A stretch of DNA of 50,308 nucleotides from Planctomycetota bacterium (GCA_003670915.1 QWQH01000020.1:1-50308), one strand, 5' to 3'. Counted from the stretch's first letter, positions 9,850-19,349 are shown. Program-made: numbers and translations. Notes: a model not told the origin generated them from the sequence alone.

Positions 9850-10576
9850 CGTCGCTGCGATCAGGGTCGCTGTGGCGGTGGTCCTATCCATGCTGACTGT
9901 GTTTCCAGCCTCTGCCGACCAGTGGCAGAGGCTCGACCGGCATCCCATTGCAGCGGAGCAGGCCCAGACAGCCTTCGAACGTGTGCAGGATGGCCGCAAG
10001 GAGAGCGACACGATCGACTTAGTGTCGGTCGATACAGGCAAGAGCATCGCCGAAGGCGATGGAACCGAGGGGGATGATGACACGGATGAGAGCGGTGCCT
10101 GCGGTGCGGCGTCGAAGAATTGTCGGGAAGCCCTGCAGTTACTGCGGGACGACCGATTGGCAAATATTGGTTTAGATATTCGGGTTGTCGGCCGGGCGGG
10201 AAACGATTATCCCTGCGAATGCCGCCTCGAAGGGGAAACGTTTGAACCTCGACGGTTCGCAGCGACGATGTTTACGTGGAAGGCGGCCGGCTACTGCCAC
10301 AAGCCTTTGTATTTTGAAGACTGGAATTTGGAGCGCTACGGCCATTCGCGCGGATGGCTGGCTGATCCATTTGTGTCGGCGGCACACTTTTTTGTGACGC
10401 TGCCCGTGCTTCCCTACAAGATGGGCGTCGAACTGCCATGGGAGTGCGTCTATCCGTTGGGGTATTATCGCCCTGGCAACTGTGCACCGTGGACGTGTCC
10501 GGCCGTGCCAATCAGCGTGCGAGGCATGGCGATTGAAGCGGCCACCGTTACGGGCATCGTCTTCCTGTTGCCATGA
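9788..10576 (+). CDS. secreted Cys-rich hypothetical protein
   Basis: Signal-peptide-like MTSLSRKK...[17 protein letters not shown]|DQ, an acidic stretch ([11 protein letters not shown]), and a conserved-looking block [24 protein letters not shown] with 9 Cys. The start is uncertain; this choice overlaps the guaB 3' end by 62 nt. Confidence 0.55.
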   Translation: MTSLSRKKLQTTVRSTSRPTDVAAIRVAVAVVLSMLTVFPASADQWQRLDRHPIAAEQAQTAFERVQDGRKESDTIDLVSVDTGKSIAEGDGTEGDDDTDESGACGAASKNCREALQLLRDDRLANIGLDIRVVGRAGNDYPCECRLEGETFEPRRFAATMFTWKAAGYCHKPLYFEDWNLERYGHSRGWLADPFVSAAHFFVTLPVLPYKMGVELPWECVYPLGYYRPGNCAPWTCPAVPISVRGMAIEAATVTGIVFLLP

Positions 10577-10597
10577 GATTCTGGAGCATTCTGGCTA

Positions 10598-11332
10598 TTA
10601 CTGCTTCCGGATGGTTGCAATGTAGGCGTAGCGTTTGGCCACCGAAACAAATGTCACATCACCGCGGCCTGATCGCCCCAACTCCACGAGCGCCTCGTGT
10701 ACCTCTGGCCGGTAGTGAACGTGAAAGAGGCTGAGCCATCGCTTGAGGGCAGCGGCAAAGAAGGTTGGCAGTTCCCGCTGGTCCCAGAAATCGACAATCA
10801 GCAGCGTGCCACCTGGCCGCAGGTTTGCCATGGCCGCGTCGATCGCACCAGGCCACGTTGGAATCATGGATAGACAATACGAGAACAAAATCGTATCGAA
10901 TGGCTCGTTTCGCCCAAACATCCGCTGGGCATCAAGTTGCTCGGCCAATCCCTGCCGCAGCACGATCTGACCGCTGCCCGGTCGCTTGATCTCTGCCTGG
11001 GCACTCTTGCGGGCAGCAGTCTCGAGCATCTCGTGCGATGCGTCGAGACCGTAGAGTAGTCCGGGTTCGCGGCGGTCTGCCAGCTTGATGAGGTTGCGCG
11101 CGGTGCCACAGCCCACTTCCAAAGTGGCCGTTGTCGGCGATGTGATCACCTTGTCGAGAAGGCGGTCGCGGCCGAGCAGGTAGTAGCGGCGAGTGAGGTC
11201 GTAGATGTGCCGCGTGAGGCGGTACATCCGATCCATGGCAACTGCTTGATCGGCGGGCCCGCTGCCCCTGTTGTTCGAGGACGATGTGTGCTCTGCCGGT
11301 GACACAGGGGCCGATGCAGCCGGATCGCTCAT
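10598..11332 (-). CDS. btaB: class I SAM-dependent methyltransferase, BtaB-like (DGTS N-methyltransferase)
   Basis: SAM motif I LEVGCGTARNL and post-I LLYGLDAS. The ATG overlaps the stop of the upstream btaA-like gene (ATGA at 11329-11332). Confidence 0.65.
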   Translation of the reverse strand: MSDPAASAPVSPAEHTSSSNNRGSGPADQAVAMDRMYRLTRHIYDLTRRYYLLGRDRLLDKVITSPTTATLEVGCGTARNLIKLADRREPGLLYGLDASHEMLETAARKSAQAEIKRPGSGQIVLRQGLAEQLDAQRMFGRNEPFDTILFSYCLSMIPTWPGAIDAAMANLRPGGTLLIVDFWDQRELPTFFAAALKRWLSLFHVHYRPEVHEALVELGRSGRGDVTFVSVAKRYAYIATIRKQ

Positions 11333-12606
11333 AGAGGGCCCGGCTGTGCGGCAATTTTTTGGTAAAGATGAAACATGCCGTAGATCGCTGAACGATCTTT
11401 CTTGTGCAGTTCCAGCGACCGCTCAGTATCGTAAGAGAATTGGCTATGCATTTCGGGCGAGAGTGCTGTTTCTACCGGCGATTTTTCGCCTGCGGTACGA
11501 AAAATGACTCGGGTATTTGGGCCGCCGACCCTAGCGATATGTCCCCACAGTTCCTCAATGACCTGCGGCGGCATCCAGTCTTGGCTATCGAGCAGAATAA
11601 AGCCATTGAGGCCGCCCGGTTGCTCCGTGTGCAGGTAGTCGGCTAGCGATGCCACATGCGTTTCCACTCGGCCAACGCACGACCGGATCGTTTCGTAGTG
11701 TTCCGGCTTGAGGTAGTCCGGAATGGCCTTGCGTTCGGCGTGGTCGTAGCGACGGCCAAACGCCTGCCATGCAAAGTAATTTTCCTCAAGCGGAAAGCCA
11801 CAGGCCAGCCTCCGGACCCGTTGCTTGTACATGTCAAAAAGCTTGCTACCGCTGTTGCCCGACTCCTTGAGCATCGCGGCATGCTGGCTTGGCGGGATGC
11901 CAAGGCTGTAAACGGCCACAGGCTGCCGGCCCAGCCATCGCACGAGTTTGTTTTCAAAGAGCGGCCCAAACGTGTCATCAAAGATGCGCTCCTGCTCGGC
12001 GATCGTCTTGGCCGCCACAAGGCGTGCAGGATCTCGGCCTGTGGCCCTTGCGATACCATGCACAATCCGAAAAAACTGCCCAAGTTTTGCCTGGTTGTAA
12101 AGGCCTCGCTTGAAGTAGCCGATTCGCTTTGGACCAATTGTCTGCCCGGGCCAGTCGCTCGTCTCCCAGTATTTTCTCGTCTGCGGATCGAGGTGATCCC
12201 GGATAAAGCGGCGGTAGTTGGAGACGTTATCCTTGTGCTGGCCAAAACCGAAAAAGTTATAAAACGAATCGTAGTCCGGGAGGTACTGAATGGCCGCCAA
12301 CTTCAGTCGCGTGAGGCACATATGATTGGCGTTGAGATCCACCGCGACGATTCGCTTGGGTCGATGGACTAGATAGTTGAGCACATTACAACCACCACTG
12401 GAGATCGTCAGCAGGCTTGATTCGGGCCCCATCTGGAGCGCTTCAGCGTCCACTCGCGGGTCTTCCCAGATCTGGTTGTAAACAAATCCTTGAAACCAGA
12501 GCGTGAACATCCGTTCGAGCAAGCCTCGCTTGCTCGCCAGCCTATGGTGGTGGACGGCTTTTTGAAGGTGGGTTTTTGTGGTTGGTTGAACTGCAAGGGT
12601 AGCCAT
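11329..12606 (-). CDS. btaA: BtaA-like S-adenosylmethionine:diacylglycerol 3-amino-3-carboxypropyl transferase (DUF3419 family)
   Basis: 425 aa. FQGFVYNQIWEDPRVDAEAL...LTISSGGCNVLNYL...IVAVDLNANHMCLTRLKL matches my memory of the BtaA/DUF3419 N-terminal signature. Length and the btaB partner are as in Rhodobacter. Confidence 0.7.
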   Translation of the reverse strand: MATLAVQPTTKTHLQKAVHHHRLASKRGLLERMFTLWFQGFVYNQIWEDPRVDAEALQMGPESSLLTISSGGCNVLNYLVHRPKRIVAVDLNANHMCLTRLKLAAIQYLPDYDSFYNFFGFGQHKDNVSNYRRFIRDHLDPQTRKYWETSDWPGQTIGPKRIGYFKRGLYNQAKLGQFFRIVHGIARATGRDPARLVAAKTIAEQERIFDDTFGPLFENKLVRWLGRQPVAVYSLGIPPSQHAAMLKESGNSGSKLFDMYKQRVRRLACGFPLEENYFAWQAFGRRYDHAERKAIPDYLKPEHYETIRSCVGRVETHVASLADYLHTEQPGGLNGFILLDSQDWMPPQVIEELWGHIARVGGPNTRVIFRTAGEKSPVETALSPEMHSQFSYDTERSLELHKKDRSAIYGMFHLYQKIAAQPGPL

Positions 12607-12761
12607 GGCTATGCCGGTGGAAAAGTGTCAGTCAGGAGGGATGCGTGAGTGAAACCAGACGGCGTTGTTTGGTGGCCGACGCCGTAGAGCATAACCAGCC
12701 AGCGGCCGAGTGTTGAGGGCAGTTGGCCAATCCGGGGCCCCAGCGTGGCTGACCCTCTGAT

Positions 12762-14234
12762 TCAGCCTGCCGGGGGCGGGTTGGCGGGGGGCGGGGTGCG
12801 GCGGTCGATTTCGGCCATCAGCGTGGTCACTGCTTTCACCAAAGCCTGCCCTAACTGCACCACAGCGGCCTCTGAGGCGTCTCGTTCGGCGGTGACTTCT
12901 CGCACACGGGCCGCGAAGGAGTCGGACGTTTTGAGGGCTGCTTGCGCGTCTTTCTGCCAATTTCTGAGATCATCTTCGATGGCTTTGGTGTCGTTGTTGG
13001 CCGGTTGGATCTGGCCGCTCCTCAGGTTTTCAAGGGCACCCCTGAACTGCTCGGTCATCGACTCGGCCTCGACTATGTCACTGGTGAGCGTGCGCCGAAT
13101 GAAAGCCATGCCATTGACATGAAACGGGAGTTTTTTTCCGTTGGTTTCAAAGACACTGCTGCCTCGCATGGCCATATCACCGTCTGTCAGCGGCCGACGC
13201 GACACAACCGAAGTGATTGAAACAACACCAGCCGTTTCAAGTTCCTTGGCCGTTTCAAGATCGAACGTGGCAGTGTCTTCAGGCTCAAACTGCCGCGGCT
13301 CAGCAGTGTTGCCTTCCGCAGGAGGAAACACGTGCGGTTGCGTGAATGTGACGGTGGCCCAGTAGAGTCCCGGTGCAACCTCTTTGTTTTGAAGCGCTGA
13401 AACCAAGTTGCCTACTTCTTCGTCGGCCACAGGCTCTTCGTCCGTTGTGACTTCCCGAAGCTTTTTTTCGAGATCCTTAAGCATGTCCTCTGGGGTGGTT
13501 TTTTCCTCTCCATCGGGAGTGGCTTTATAGAAAGCGAGCCACCGGTCGATCGGCAAATTTTCGTAGATCGTGACCTCTTCGTGGGGCTTAGCCCAGAGCG
13601 AGGCGTCGTTTTCTGTGGGCGCAATTGCGGCGGATATTTGAAACGTGTTTTTATCTGCGGCGTCCACGTTGAACACGCCCAGAAATCTGCCGCCCTCTTC
13701 AATGCCGATGGTATCAAAGACGAAGAGTTCTGCACCTGGATTGATCGACGGATTGTCGATGCCCTCGATCGTGATGCGGCCAGCTTTGTCGTCCGCTGGC
13801 GGCTGGAATGTCGCCTTCTCCCACGAGCGGCCTCGCCAAGTATTAATTCGATCGCGCACCCGCTCCCAACGAGCCTGATCCTGCTTGAGTTCTGCCACCG
13901 ACTTGGTCTTTCCATCATTGCCATTGCCGAGGTCGGCCTTGAGGAAGCCGTCTTTGTCCCGCACCATCGCATCGCGCTCTTTCGCAATTGCCGATTGATA
14001 GGTGGCGATGACGGCTCGCCACGCACGCTCTCGTTCGGCCAGCATGCCCACAAGATAGGTAAACCCCACGGCCGCCAAGAGCACCATCCATGCCCCGGCT
14101 ATGGTCCCCCAGTGCCACCCCTTGGAGCCCATAGCCAACGTCACAACGCCGGTCAGGAAGACAACTGCAATCAGGGCCAGCAGGACAAGCGGCATGCACC
14201 ACCATTCAGAAAATAATGAGAAAACAAATGCCAA
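12762..14234 (-). CDS. hypothetical membrane protein with two N-terminal TM helices and a long soluble domain
   Basis: TM1 PLVLLALIAVVFLTGVVTLA and TM2 IAGAWMVLLAAVGFTYLVGML. Charged helical segments follow, with a PPPANPPPAG tail. No family recognised. Confidence 0.55.
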   Translation of the reverse strand: MAFVFSLFSEWWCMPLVLLALIAVVFLTGVVTLAMGSKGWHWGTIAGAWMVLLAAVGFTYLVGMLAERERAWRAVIATYQSAIAKERDAMVRDKDGFLKADLGNGNDGKTKSVAELKQDQARWERVRDRINTWRGRSWEKATFQPPADDKAGRITIEGIDNPSINPGAELFVFDTIGIEEGGRFLGVFNVDAADKNTFQISAAIAPTENDASLWAKPHEEVTIYENLPIDRWLAFYKATPDGEEKTTPEDMLKDLEKKLREVTTDEEPVADEEVGNLVSALQNKEVAPGLYWATVTFTQPHVFPPAEGNTAEPRQFEPEDTATFDLETAKELETAGVVSITSVVSRRPLTDGDMAMRGSSVFETNGKKLPFHVNGMAFIRRTLTSDIVEAESMTEQFRGALENLRSGQIQPANNDTKAIEDDLRNWQKDAQAALKTSDSFAARVREVTAERDASEAAVVQLGQALVKAVTTLMAEIDRRTPPPANPPPAG

Positions 14235-14385
14235 CAGCGATTATGGCAATCGCGAAACCGTGATCGAGAGAAGGCCATCATAGCTCCACGCTCACTGTCG
14301 GCCTACCCTATTTGCCACGCTCTTTTCCGTGCCGCAGTGTTGTCTTTTGCTGAGCGTGCGTTGCGTCTAGTCGACCCTCCTGCGG

Positions 14386-14415
14386 CGCGAGTGTCGCCTG
14401 CGGGCGACACTCGCG
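14386..14415. promoter_or_regulatory. perfect 13-bp inverted repeat with a 4-nt spacer (CGCGAGTGTCGCC tgcg GGCGACACTCGCG)
   Basis: Read directly. It sits in the 353-bp divergent region between the 12762-14234 gene and the sigma-70 gene, and CCTGCGG occurs three times around it. Confidence 0.5.
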
Positions 14416-14587
14416 GCCTGCGGAACGTGAGTCGCACGGCGCTGGAATTTCATCTCGTGTCGTAAAAACAGAGTGAAAAGCCTTCTGCGGACGGCTCTGT
14501 GCCAGCGATCGGAAATGCGGCATCCCAAATGCACTGCCTTGCTGGAGCCCCTTCTCCGCTTGATTGCCGTTCGAAAAGGAAGAACCC

Positions 14588-16066
14588 ATGCGCCGTGCTA
14601 CCCAGTATCCAGCTATTGCTACCAAGTTTCCAGCCGTTACCACCAAGCGAGCCGTTCCGAAAGTCCCCGCTGCCCGGAAGCTGGCGGCTATCGACGATCC
14701 GGTGCGGCTGTACCTGTTGCAGATGGGAGGGATTCCATTGCTCACTCGCGATACGGAGGTGTCGGCAGCGCAGCAGATCGAATTGTGGCGACGGAAGTTT
14801 CGCGACACGATGCTGGGAAACGACTTGATTTTGTCCGGCGCAGTGCAGCTCTTGGAGAAGGTGCAGGCTGGGACGGTGCGGCTGGACCGCACCATTGAGG
14901 TGGCCGTTACCAATACCAAGGAAAAGAAGCGAACACTCAAGCGTTTGGGACCAAATCTCGAAACGCTCAAGCGCCTCGAAAAGGAAAAAAAAGTGCTGTT
15001 TCGGATCGCGATGTCTCGCAGCACGCCTGCAGCGGCAAGGCGGGATGCATGGCGACGGTTGGTGCGGCAGCGGAGCAAGGCGGTGCGGCTCGTCGAGGAG
15101 CTGAACCTGCGCATCCAGAGGCTCTATCCGCTGCTCAAGCAACTGCGGACGTTCGCTAGCCGGCTCCACTCACTGGACGGGCAGCACGAGGGACACAAGG
15201 GACCTGCTGGCGTGTCCTACGAACGGGAAGGCTTGGAACTGCTTCGTTCGACGGGAGAGAGCCGTTGCACGCTCAAGCGGCGGCTGGATCGACTGGACGA
15301 TTTGCAGCAACGCTACGATGCGGCCAAGCGAGTGCTGGCTGCGGGTAACCTGCGGCTGGTTGTGTCTATTGCCAAGCGATACCGGCACCGAGGACTCAGC
15401 TTTCTGGATCTGATCCAGGAAGGGAATTCGGGTCTGATGCGGGCCGTTGACAAGTTCGAGCACGCTCGAGGGTTTAAGTTTTCGACGTATGCGACGTGGT
15501 GGATTCGGCAAGCGATCACCCGTGCGATCGCCGATCAGAGCCGCACGATTCGCGTGCCCGTCCACATGATCGACACCATGACAAAGCTGCGCAATGCCTC
15601 CCGAATCTTTCTTCAGCAGAACGGCCGAGAGGCAACCGTCGAGGAGTTGGCCGAACGCAGCGGCCTTTCGTTCGAAGAAGTCGAGTGCGTCGCGAGGATG
15701 TCGCGGCAGCCCGTTTCGCTCGATCAGCCAATCGGAGAAAGCGACGAGGGAGGCTACGGCGACTTCGTGAAGGATCATCGAGAAGACGACCCGCTCAAGG
15801 GCGTTAACCAGCAGTCGCTCAGCGATTCGATTAGACGAGTGCTTCAACAGTTGCCGTATCGAGAGCGGGAAATTATCCGGCTGCGTTTTGGCCTGACCGA
15901 CGGCTACAGCTACACGCTCGAGGAAGTGGGCACTATCTTCAGCGTTACGCGCGAGCGGGTACGGCAGATTGAAGCCAAGGCTGTGGAGAAACTTCGGCAG
16001 CCCGACCTCCATCGGAATCTATCGGGCTTTGTGGACGACGCAGCTGTTGAGCGGATAAGCCGATAG
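14588..16066 (+). CDS. rpoD: RNA polymerase sigma-70 factor, primary-like (group 1/2)
   Basis: Region 1.2 [19 protein letters not shown]. Region 2 [54 protein letters not shown]. Region 4.2 [33 protein letters not shown] lies 7 nt upstream of the ATG. Confidence 0.88.
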   Translation: MRRATQYPAIATKFPAVTTKRAVPKVPAARKLAAIDDPVRLYLLQMGGIPLLTRDTEVSAAQQIELWRRKFRDTMLGNDLILSGAVQLLEKVQAGTVRLDRTIEVAVTNTKEKKRTLKRLGPNLETLKRLEKEKKVLFRIAMSRSTPAAARRDAWRRLVRQRSKAVRLVEELNLRIQRLYPLLKQLRTFASRLHSLDGQHEGHKGPAGVSYEREGLELLRSTGESRCTLKRRLDRLDDLQQRYDAAKRVLAAGNLRLVVSIAKRYRHRGLSFLDLIQEGNSGLMRAVDKFEHARGFKFSTYATWWIRQAITRAIADQSRTIRVPVHMIDTMTKLRNASRIFLQQNGREATVEELAERSGLSFEEVECVARMSRQPVSLDQPIGESDEGGYGDFVKDHREDDPLKGVNQQSLSDSIRRVLQQLPYREREIIRLRFGLTDGYSYTLEEVGTIFSVTRERVRQIEAKAVEKLRQPDLHRNLSGFVDDAAVERISR

Positions 16067-16100
16067 GGTTTCAGGCCGGGCAACTACTTTTGGTGGGTTA

Positions 16101-16430
16101 TCAGACGCTCTTCGCTTCGTCGAGGGCTTGTTGCAGCTTTGCTTTTGGCTGCACGCCCATGAACTGCTGCACGAGTTGGCCCGACTTGAAAATCATGATC
16201 GTGGGGATGCTCGCTACATTGTAGGTCATTGCTACGTTGTTGTTCTCATCCACATTCACTTTGCCGATCCGAAACGTGCCCGAATTTTCCGCAGCCAGTT
16301 CTTCGATCGTTGGGCCAATCATCCGACATGGGCCACACCAAGGTGCCCAGAAATCAACCAGCACTGGCACGGGAGAATCGAGCACCTCTTGCTGAAAGTT
16401 GTCGTCGGTGAATTGAATCGCGGTTCCCAT
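16101..16430 (-). CDS. trxA: thioredoxin
   Basis: 109 aa from [12 protein letters not shown], with the active site WAPWCGPCR. Confidence 0.92.
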   Translation of the reverse strand: MGTAIQFTDDNFQQEVLDSPVPVLVDFWAPWCGPCRMIGPTIEELAAENSGTFRIGKVNVDENNNVAMTYNVASIPTIMIFKSGQLVQQFMGVQPKAKLQQALDEAKSV

Positions 16431-16636
16431 GTGAGTGAACTCCTTCCGTTTCCAAATGCTGGTTCGAATTACGTCTATGCTGCACACGGCCATACGCGAC
16501 GAAGTGCAGTGGCAGAGTATAGCCAGCAGCCTCCTGCGCGTACATCAAGGCGACAGATCAACAGGGCTTCTTCAAAAAGCGACTCAAAAAGTGGTTGCAC
16601 AATCAGGCTCCCAAAAAACCATGGTAGGTGTCAGCA

Positions 16637-17743
16637 ATGAGTGATTCTCGGCCAGCCAGTTGTTGGCTCGTTTCGCAGGATTCCACCGGTCTGGTGACCA
16701 GCGGGCCTGCGGCATTGCCGTGGGATCCTTCACAGCCGCCTAGGCCTCTTGTCGAAGGCCCTGTCGGGGGGGCATGCGAGGCAGTCGTTCGTGTTGAGGC
16801 AGCTGGACTGAACTACAAGGATGCGTTGGCGTGTGCGGGTCATGAGGGGGTGGTACGAAAGTTCCCGCTCATTCCCGGAATTGATGCCGCCGGCACGCTC
16901 GTCTATCCGGGAGGCGGATTTCAGGCGGGGATGCCTGTTGTAGTCACTGCCAATCAGATGGGCGAAGGCCGTCACGGCGGGTGTGCCACGCAGTTGCGCA
17001 TCCCTTTCGAGGCTGTGGTCCCTCGGCCTGCCGGGCTTTCGGCGCACGACGCGATGGCGATGGGCACTGCCGGTCTGACGGTGCTCCTGGCATGCGACCG
17101 ACTGGATATGCTTGTGTCGAGTCGCGGGCAGGCTGGCATAGGTGAGGTCAAGAATACCGAGGACGATCAATGGCTGGTAACTGGGGCCAGCGGTGGCGTT
17201 GGCATGCTGGCCGTGGCAACTCTGGCTGCCGCTGGGCGGCGGGTCGTGGCATGCACGCGCAAGCCAATGGCCCACGATGCGTTGAAGTCGCTTGGTGCGT
17301 CGCAGGTGTTGTCGCCTGCGGAGAGCATTGATCCCTCTACAAAGCCACTTGTGCGAGCCCGCTGGACCGGCGTCATCGACACCGTCGGAGGCGTGTTGCT
17401 GGCAGACGTGCTGCGAGCGGTGCGGCCTGGGGGCGCCGTGGCGGCCATCGGTATGACCGGCGGCACGCAGCTGCATACAACGGTGTATCCATTTATTTTG
17501 CGAGGCGTCACGCTGGCCGGGATCGATACATCCACGCTGCCAACACCCCAAGAGCGACAGGACCTCTGGCCACGCCTCGCCGCACTGTGGCCGCGCATTC
17601 GTGACGTTTTTCCCGTCACAACCATCGGCCTCGAACAGGTGGGGAGTTGGGCAGATGCGATGCGGCGAGGGGAATCGATTGGTCGGGCGGTGGTCGTGCC
17701 TCAGATCGCTAGGCTGCCCTCGTGTTCCAACGATGAAAGATGA
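16637..17743 (+). CDS. YhdH/AcuI-type NADPH:quinone/acrylyl-CoA reductase (MDR superfamily)
   Basis: Collinear with E. coli YhdH: LNYKDALA, FPLIPGIDAAG, GTAGLT, VTGASGGVG, IDTVGG, VYPFILRGV. Confidence 0.8.
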   Translation: MSDSRPASCWLVSQDSTGLVTSGPAALPWDPSQPPRPLVEGPVGGACEAVVRVEAAGLNYKDALACAGHEGVVRKFPLIPGIDAAGTLVYPGGGFQAGMPVVVTANQMGEGRHGGCATQLRIPFEAVVPRPAGLSAHDAMAMGTAGLTVLLACDRLDMLVSSRGQAGIGEVKNTEDDQWLVTGASGGVGMLAVATLAAAGRRVVACTRKPMAHDALKSLGASQVLSPAESIDPSTKPLVRARWTGVIDTVGGVLLADVLRAVRPGGAVAAIGMTGGTQLHTTVYPFILRGVTLAGIDTSTLPTPQERQDLWPRLAALWPRIRDVFPVTTIGLEQVGSWADAMRRGESIGRAVVVPQIARLPSCSNDER

Positions 17744-17762
17744 TTGTTTTGAAGTGGACTCC

Positions 17763-18155
17763 ATGAAGCCTCATATCATTCGACTCAGTTCTGCGTGGGA
17801 GCCCCCAGGGGAATCGCTCCGTTTCCCGGGAGTTGGAGAGGTCAAAGCGTGGGTGCGGCGGTTTGGCCAGCCCGCTGGCGTGTCCCAAGGCGATGCAGTG
17901 CTTTTGGTTATTGAATCGCCGGTGATGGCTACGCTCTGGCTGAACGGGACCCCCCTGCCGCCGCTCGTGGGGCAGATGCGATGGGATCACGACATTGCGG
18001 CGATGCTGCGAGAGCGAAACGTGCTTTCGCTGGTGTTGGGCGATGGAGTGGGGCAAGAACTCATGGAGGTCACGCTTTGCGATACCCGCGGGCGATCCCC
18101 CTTGCCCGAGGCGTACGGCCGTGTGTGGATTGAAATCCGCCACAGCCATCCTTGA
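17763..18155 (+). CDS. hypothetical small protein, possibly a beta-sandwich (galactose-binding-like) domain
   Basis: 130 aa. The pattern W...F......GDAVLLVIESPVMATLWLNGTPL resembles the N-terminal jelly-roll of GH2-type enzymes, but this is weak. An alternative start lies at 17733. Confidence 0.45.
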   Translation: MKPHIIRLSSAWEPPGESLRFPGVGEVKAWVRRFGQPAGVSQGDAVLLVIESPVMATLWLNGTPLPPLVGQMRWDHDIAAMLRERNVLSLVLGDGVGQELMEVTLCDTRGRSPLPEAYGRVWIEIRHSHP

Positions 18156-18289
18156 CATACTACCGGGGCGATCGCTACTACAAGTGGCCGTCTGCTTTGC
18201 GTGCGCACCCCATGGCATGCAGAACAGTTTTGTATCCCCATGCAGTGCATCGCAATGGCTGCCGAAGAAAACTCGCAGGAGAGAGCACT

Positions 18290-18475
18290 ATGTCGCTTGT
18301 TCGTGTAGGCACCAACAGCCGGTATGCCGATGGCTGGGGCTTGGCCTTTAGCAAAGTCTCGGGTGGAAGAAAGAGCACAGCAGCCAAGCCAGCAAAAAAG
18401 TCAAAGAAGGCTGTGAAGAAATCGGCCAAGAAAAGTGTTCAGAAACCTATCAAGAAGGTTCCGAAGCGACGCTGA
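18290..18475 (+). CDS. 61-aa basic protein with a Lys/Ala-rich histone-H1-like tail
   Basis: AGGAGA lies 8 nt upstream of the ATG. The sequence is MSLVRVGTNSRYADGWGLAFSKVSGG, then RKSTAAKPAKKSKKAVKKSAKKSVQKPIKKVPKRR. Confidence 0.55.
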   Translation: MSLVRVGTNSRYADGWGLAFSKVSGGRKSTAAKPAKKSKKAVKKSAKKSVQKPIKKVPKRR

Positions 18476-18506
18476 TTCAAGCGACGGCAGCCGGCACAAA
18501 GAGGGG

Positions 18507-19349
18507 CTACGGTGCCGGTTGGCCGAGTTCGCGTGACCTTGCCGCTGCCGCTACAACCGCGTCGACCAGGCTGCCTCGCACGCCTCGCTGTTCCAGTACG
18601 GCGAGCCCGGCAAGCGTCGTGCCACCGGGACTCGAAACGCGTTCTTTGATCTGGGCAGGATGCTCACCGGTGTGTGCGAAGAGAGCGGCAGTGCCAGCGA
18701 GCGTTTGAACGGCAAGAGCCAAGCTGAGTGGTTGAGGCAGGCCCGCCTTTGCGCCACCATCAGCCAAGGCCTCAACCAGATAGGCGATAAACCCAGGCCC
18801 CGATCCGGATAAGCCCGTCACCGCATTCATCAGCGTTTCATCCACTGCATGCACGTGGCCCACAGCGGCCAAAAGGTCCATCACGCGCCCCAGATCTTTT
18901 TCTGGCACCGCCGGCGAATGGCAGACAACCGACACACCCTGCCCCACAAGGCACGGAGTGTTGGGCATAACGCGGATGATTTTCTGCGTGTTGAGAAGGC
19001 TTGCGAGCGCTAAGATTGGAAGCCCGGCCACAATCGACACGATCACGGCATCGCTTCGGATTCCAGCAGCAATTTCGCGGCACGCAACCGCGGCGTGCTG
19101 CGGCTTCACGGCCAAGAAAATAATCCCGGCGCTTGCAACCGCCCCAACGCCTGTGGCGGCCAAGCAGATCCCCGGCACACGCGCGGCGATGCGATTGCGG
19201 GCCATCGGCTCGGGGTCGTACACGGTCAGGTCGGCGGCAGTCCTCAGGCCGGCTCGGCAAAAGCCCTCCGCCAATGCCATCGCCATTTGTCCGCCGCCCA
19301 CCATTGTGATTGCGTCCAAAGAATTGCTCGCCGTTGTGGTCTGGCCCAT
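18507..19349 (-). CDS. proC: pyrroline-5-carboxylate reductase
   Basis: Rossmann N-terminus ITMVGGGQMAMALAEG and the C-terminal signature VSSPGGTTLAGL. Confidence 0.9.
   Translation of the reverse strand: MGQTTTASNSLDAITMVGGGQMAMALAEGFCRAGLRTAADLTVYDPEPMARNRIAARVPGICLAATGVGAVASAGIIFLAVKPQHAAVACREIAAGIRSDAVIVSIVAGLPILALASLLNTQKIIRVMPNTPCLVGQGVSVVCHSPAVPEKDLGRVMDLLAAVGHVHAVDETLMNAVTGLSGSGPGFIAYLVEALADGGAKAGLPQPLSLALAVQTLAGTAALFAHTGEHPAQIKERVSSPGGTTLAGLAVLEQRGVRGSLVDAVVAAAARSRELGQPAP

Noticed and set aside
8392-10083. 563-aa minus-strand ORF, the longest 'unknown' ORF in the track
   Set aside because: It lies entirely antisense to the unmistakable guaB gene and the following gene. The translation is Arg/His/Pro/Ser-rich and low-complexity with no motif. 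This is the typical mirror-frame artefact of GC-rich DNA.
12607-12761. Pho box upstream of btaA
   Set aside because: Only a loose CTGACTGACAC resemblance to the CTGTCAT-N4-CTGTCAT consensus. This is not enough to call, and the planctomycete PhoB motif is unknown to me.
14308-16012. Minus-strand ORFs 14308-15114, 14450-15169 and 15170-16012
   Set aside because: Antisense to the sigma-70 gene and its leader. The compositions are unprotein-like, and they mutually overlap in different frames.
16730-17764. 344-aa minus-strand ORF
   Set aside because: Antisense to the well-supported YhdH/AcuI-type reductase. The translation is low-complexity and Arg/His/Gln-rich.
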